A DNA stretch of 64,000 nucleotides from Raillietiella orientalis. Lineage: Eukaryota. The first letter of the stretch is position 1; every line of letters begins with the position of its first letter. Below, piece by piece: positions 62,102 to 64,000 of the stretch. A program made the position numbers and the translations under genes. Under the pieces are notes generated by a model. The model was not told the origin of the DNA, did no database searches, and saw nothing but the letters and a program-made list of their open reading frames with translations. Where the stretch lies: positions 2,480,001-2,544,000 of the forward strand of contig JAYWIR010000012.1 in assembly GCA_036172245.1 (NCBI GenBank), written 5' to 3'.

Positions 62102-62329
62102 CCACCTGCTACCTCGCTGGCCTCTCCCGCGCGCGCCGCTGAGGCAGCGTCCGCCGTCGGTGATCCTCCCCTCCTGCTTCCATCCACCTTCGAGGCGCGG
62201 CGGCGACCGGGATGCGGCGGGATCAATCACGCGGGAGAGGAAAGGGGCTTCTCCCTAATCTCGTTCCCGGATTCCTCCGCTTCCTCCTCTGGTCCGTAGC
62301 TGCGTCAGATGGCAAACTTTAAGGCAGAT

Positions 62330-62980
62330 AAATTCCCGCTCATTTAGATAATGAAGAATGGGAAGCTGCGCTGATCGCCTCCAGTTAATTCGGTAAGTAT
62401 GCGGCATAAATCTCCTCCGGGGAAGCTGCTCCTGGATCCGAGGAAAGCGTCTTGGAGTCCCCCTTAAATTGGGAAACTTTTCCGGAGGAAAAGCAAGATT
62501 GAAGGATGGGTTCCTCCGGATGACATGATGCGAGCGTCCGTTTCTCCTGGACCACGTGAAATAATAGGTGATAAGGTTGGAACTGCACCCGTTCCGAGGG
62601 AATCAAACTTTATTTGTTCTTCGCCTCCCCTCTCCCACCCCTTCCCATCCTCCGGGGGCGTCGCATCCCCTTGTTCACAGGGAATGGTTCTTCGGATGGG
62701 AAGGAGGCGGGTGGCATTCCCCTGCCCCACGAAGGGGCTCCAGCCCTTCGCGTCCCACCGACTTCCCTGAGGACCGCCCGTTCCCGTTCGAGGTCTTGGC
62801 GCCTCCCCCGCACCCGCGACGTCAGCACGAGAGCTTGCCGGAGGGATCGGACGCAATGTCCAAAGACAGAGGGACCCCACTTCCCTCCTGCTGGCCTCTC
62901 TCCGATCCCTCCGGCAGGACTTTCGGAGGAGAAGATCGCTCGACTGCACCGCATTGACGCTCCCGCCAGACCCCGGAGCG
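62330..62980 (-). mobile_element. Possible LINE RT fragment
   Basis: AIFS/LRK..RE (~QIFxLRxIxEKxRE), HLLFHVVQEK (~PLLFNxVxEK), KVSQFKGD (~FADD); weak. Confidence 0.3.
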
Positions 62981-64000
62981 GGAGACTCCACAGAACGCCC
63001 CGGTGGTGGCACTGCGGGCCCACTCACCTGGCTGGAACCGGGCTGCACCCACCGTCTCCTCAGAATAATGCCGACCGGACCGGGTCGTGCGGCAGGAAAA
63101 GTTGGGCCGCTTCATCCCCCCTCCCCCCCTTCCGAGGTCGTCGTGGCTCGGCGAAGCGGGCCGGCGTTGCTGTCGGGAGGGGCTGCTCGGGAGGCGTACC
63201 TGCCGGCGGGGCCGACTTCCGGTGCAGAGGAGGAACGGGAGAGCTCCGCGCGCGCGTCGCTGCCGGGAGTCCCTCCGTCCTCGGCAAGGGACTCGTAATG
63301 ATTCCGTAATGATCTGACGATGACAATTAGATGTTGACTACGAGAGCGGTTACAACGGGGAAAAAAGGAAGAGAAGGAAGGGGAGCGGGTTGGCGCGCAC
63401 GCAGCGCCCGGGCTAATCGCCCGCTCCCTGCGCGTCCGGCGTGCGAACGCCACCGCGTTCCCTTTCAAAGAACGGGGCTGTTTGCACTCGGGGGCCGCCG
63501 CCGCGCCTCTGCCTCCCGATCCGAACGGTTCCGCCGCCTTGTCAACAGCGAACTTCCCGTCCTCCTCGCAGGCTCTCGCTGTGCGGGGAGCGGGAAAAGG
63601 GGAGAAGGAGGGAAGAAGAAAAAAAAAAAGGCAGCCGAAAGGATTACGGAGATGAAAATTTGCAAACAGCCGCCGCCGCGATCGTCCTCGAGCTGAGCTC
63701 GGGCGGTTCCCAGCTGTTGCGCGCGCTCGGGCTGTCCTCCCACCGAGAAGGGCGGAAGAAGCCTCTCTCCTCGACCGGGCGTGCGCCTAAGGACGCCTCT
63801 TAGCTCGCGCCAGCGCCCCGAGCAGCCGCCACGCGAGGTGGCGCGTCCGTCACTTGGGTGCCACAGCGAGTTCCACCGGTAGCTCGGAGAGGCGGCAGTG
63901 GAACGCGTTTGTGGGACAGCGGCGCAACCACGGGTAGGGTGGGAGGACCTCGCTGCCCAATCCGAGCGGGCGGGCGGACCCTTTGGAGGCAGCCTGGACG

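Noticed and set aside
1..64000. Sowah ankyrin exons, a second Irx paralogue, tRNA or rRNA genes
   Set aside because: No ankyrin (TALH/TPLH) motifs, second homeobox or structured RNA signatures were recognised; small exons or miRNAs could be missed by eye.

Overview
This is a GC-rich, CpG-undepleted animal genomic window, most likely from an arthropod, and not prokaryotic. Almost all ORFs in the six-frame track are artefacts of high GC and low complexity. One real protein-coding gene can be reconstructed by hand: a compact five-exon Iroquois-family (TALE) homeobox gene on the + strand (19906-22532, 505 aa after splicing), with residues typical of the mirror subgroup. It sits alone in a gene desert. 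The flanks hold (i) more than a dozen very old, frameshifted LINE reverse-transcriptase fossils, mostly RTE-clade, recognisable only by the order and spacing of decayed RT motifs, (ii) short AT-richer islands dense in homeodomain, Exd-Hox, Fox and CCAAT-type motifs that are candidate enhancers, and (iii) simple repeats, a degenerate minisatellite and a 171-bp inverted repeat. I found no convincing novel biological system. The most interesting signals are the hidden LINE graveyard with apparent GC-ward drift, the inverted repeat, and the candidate cis-regulatory islands. All homology calls are from memory of family consensus motifs; no searches were run.
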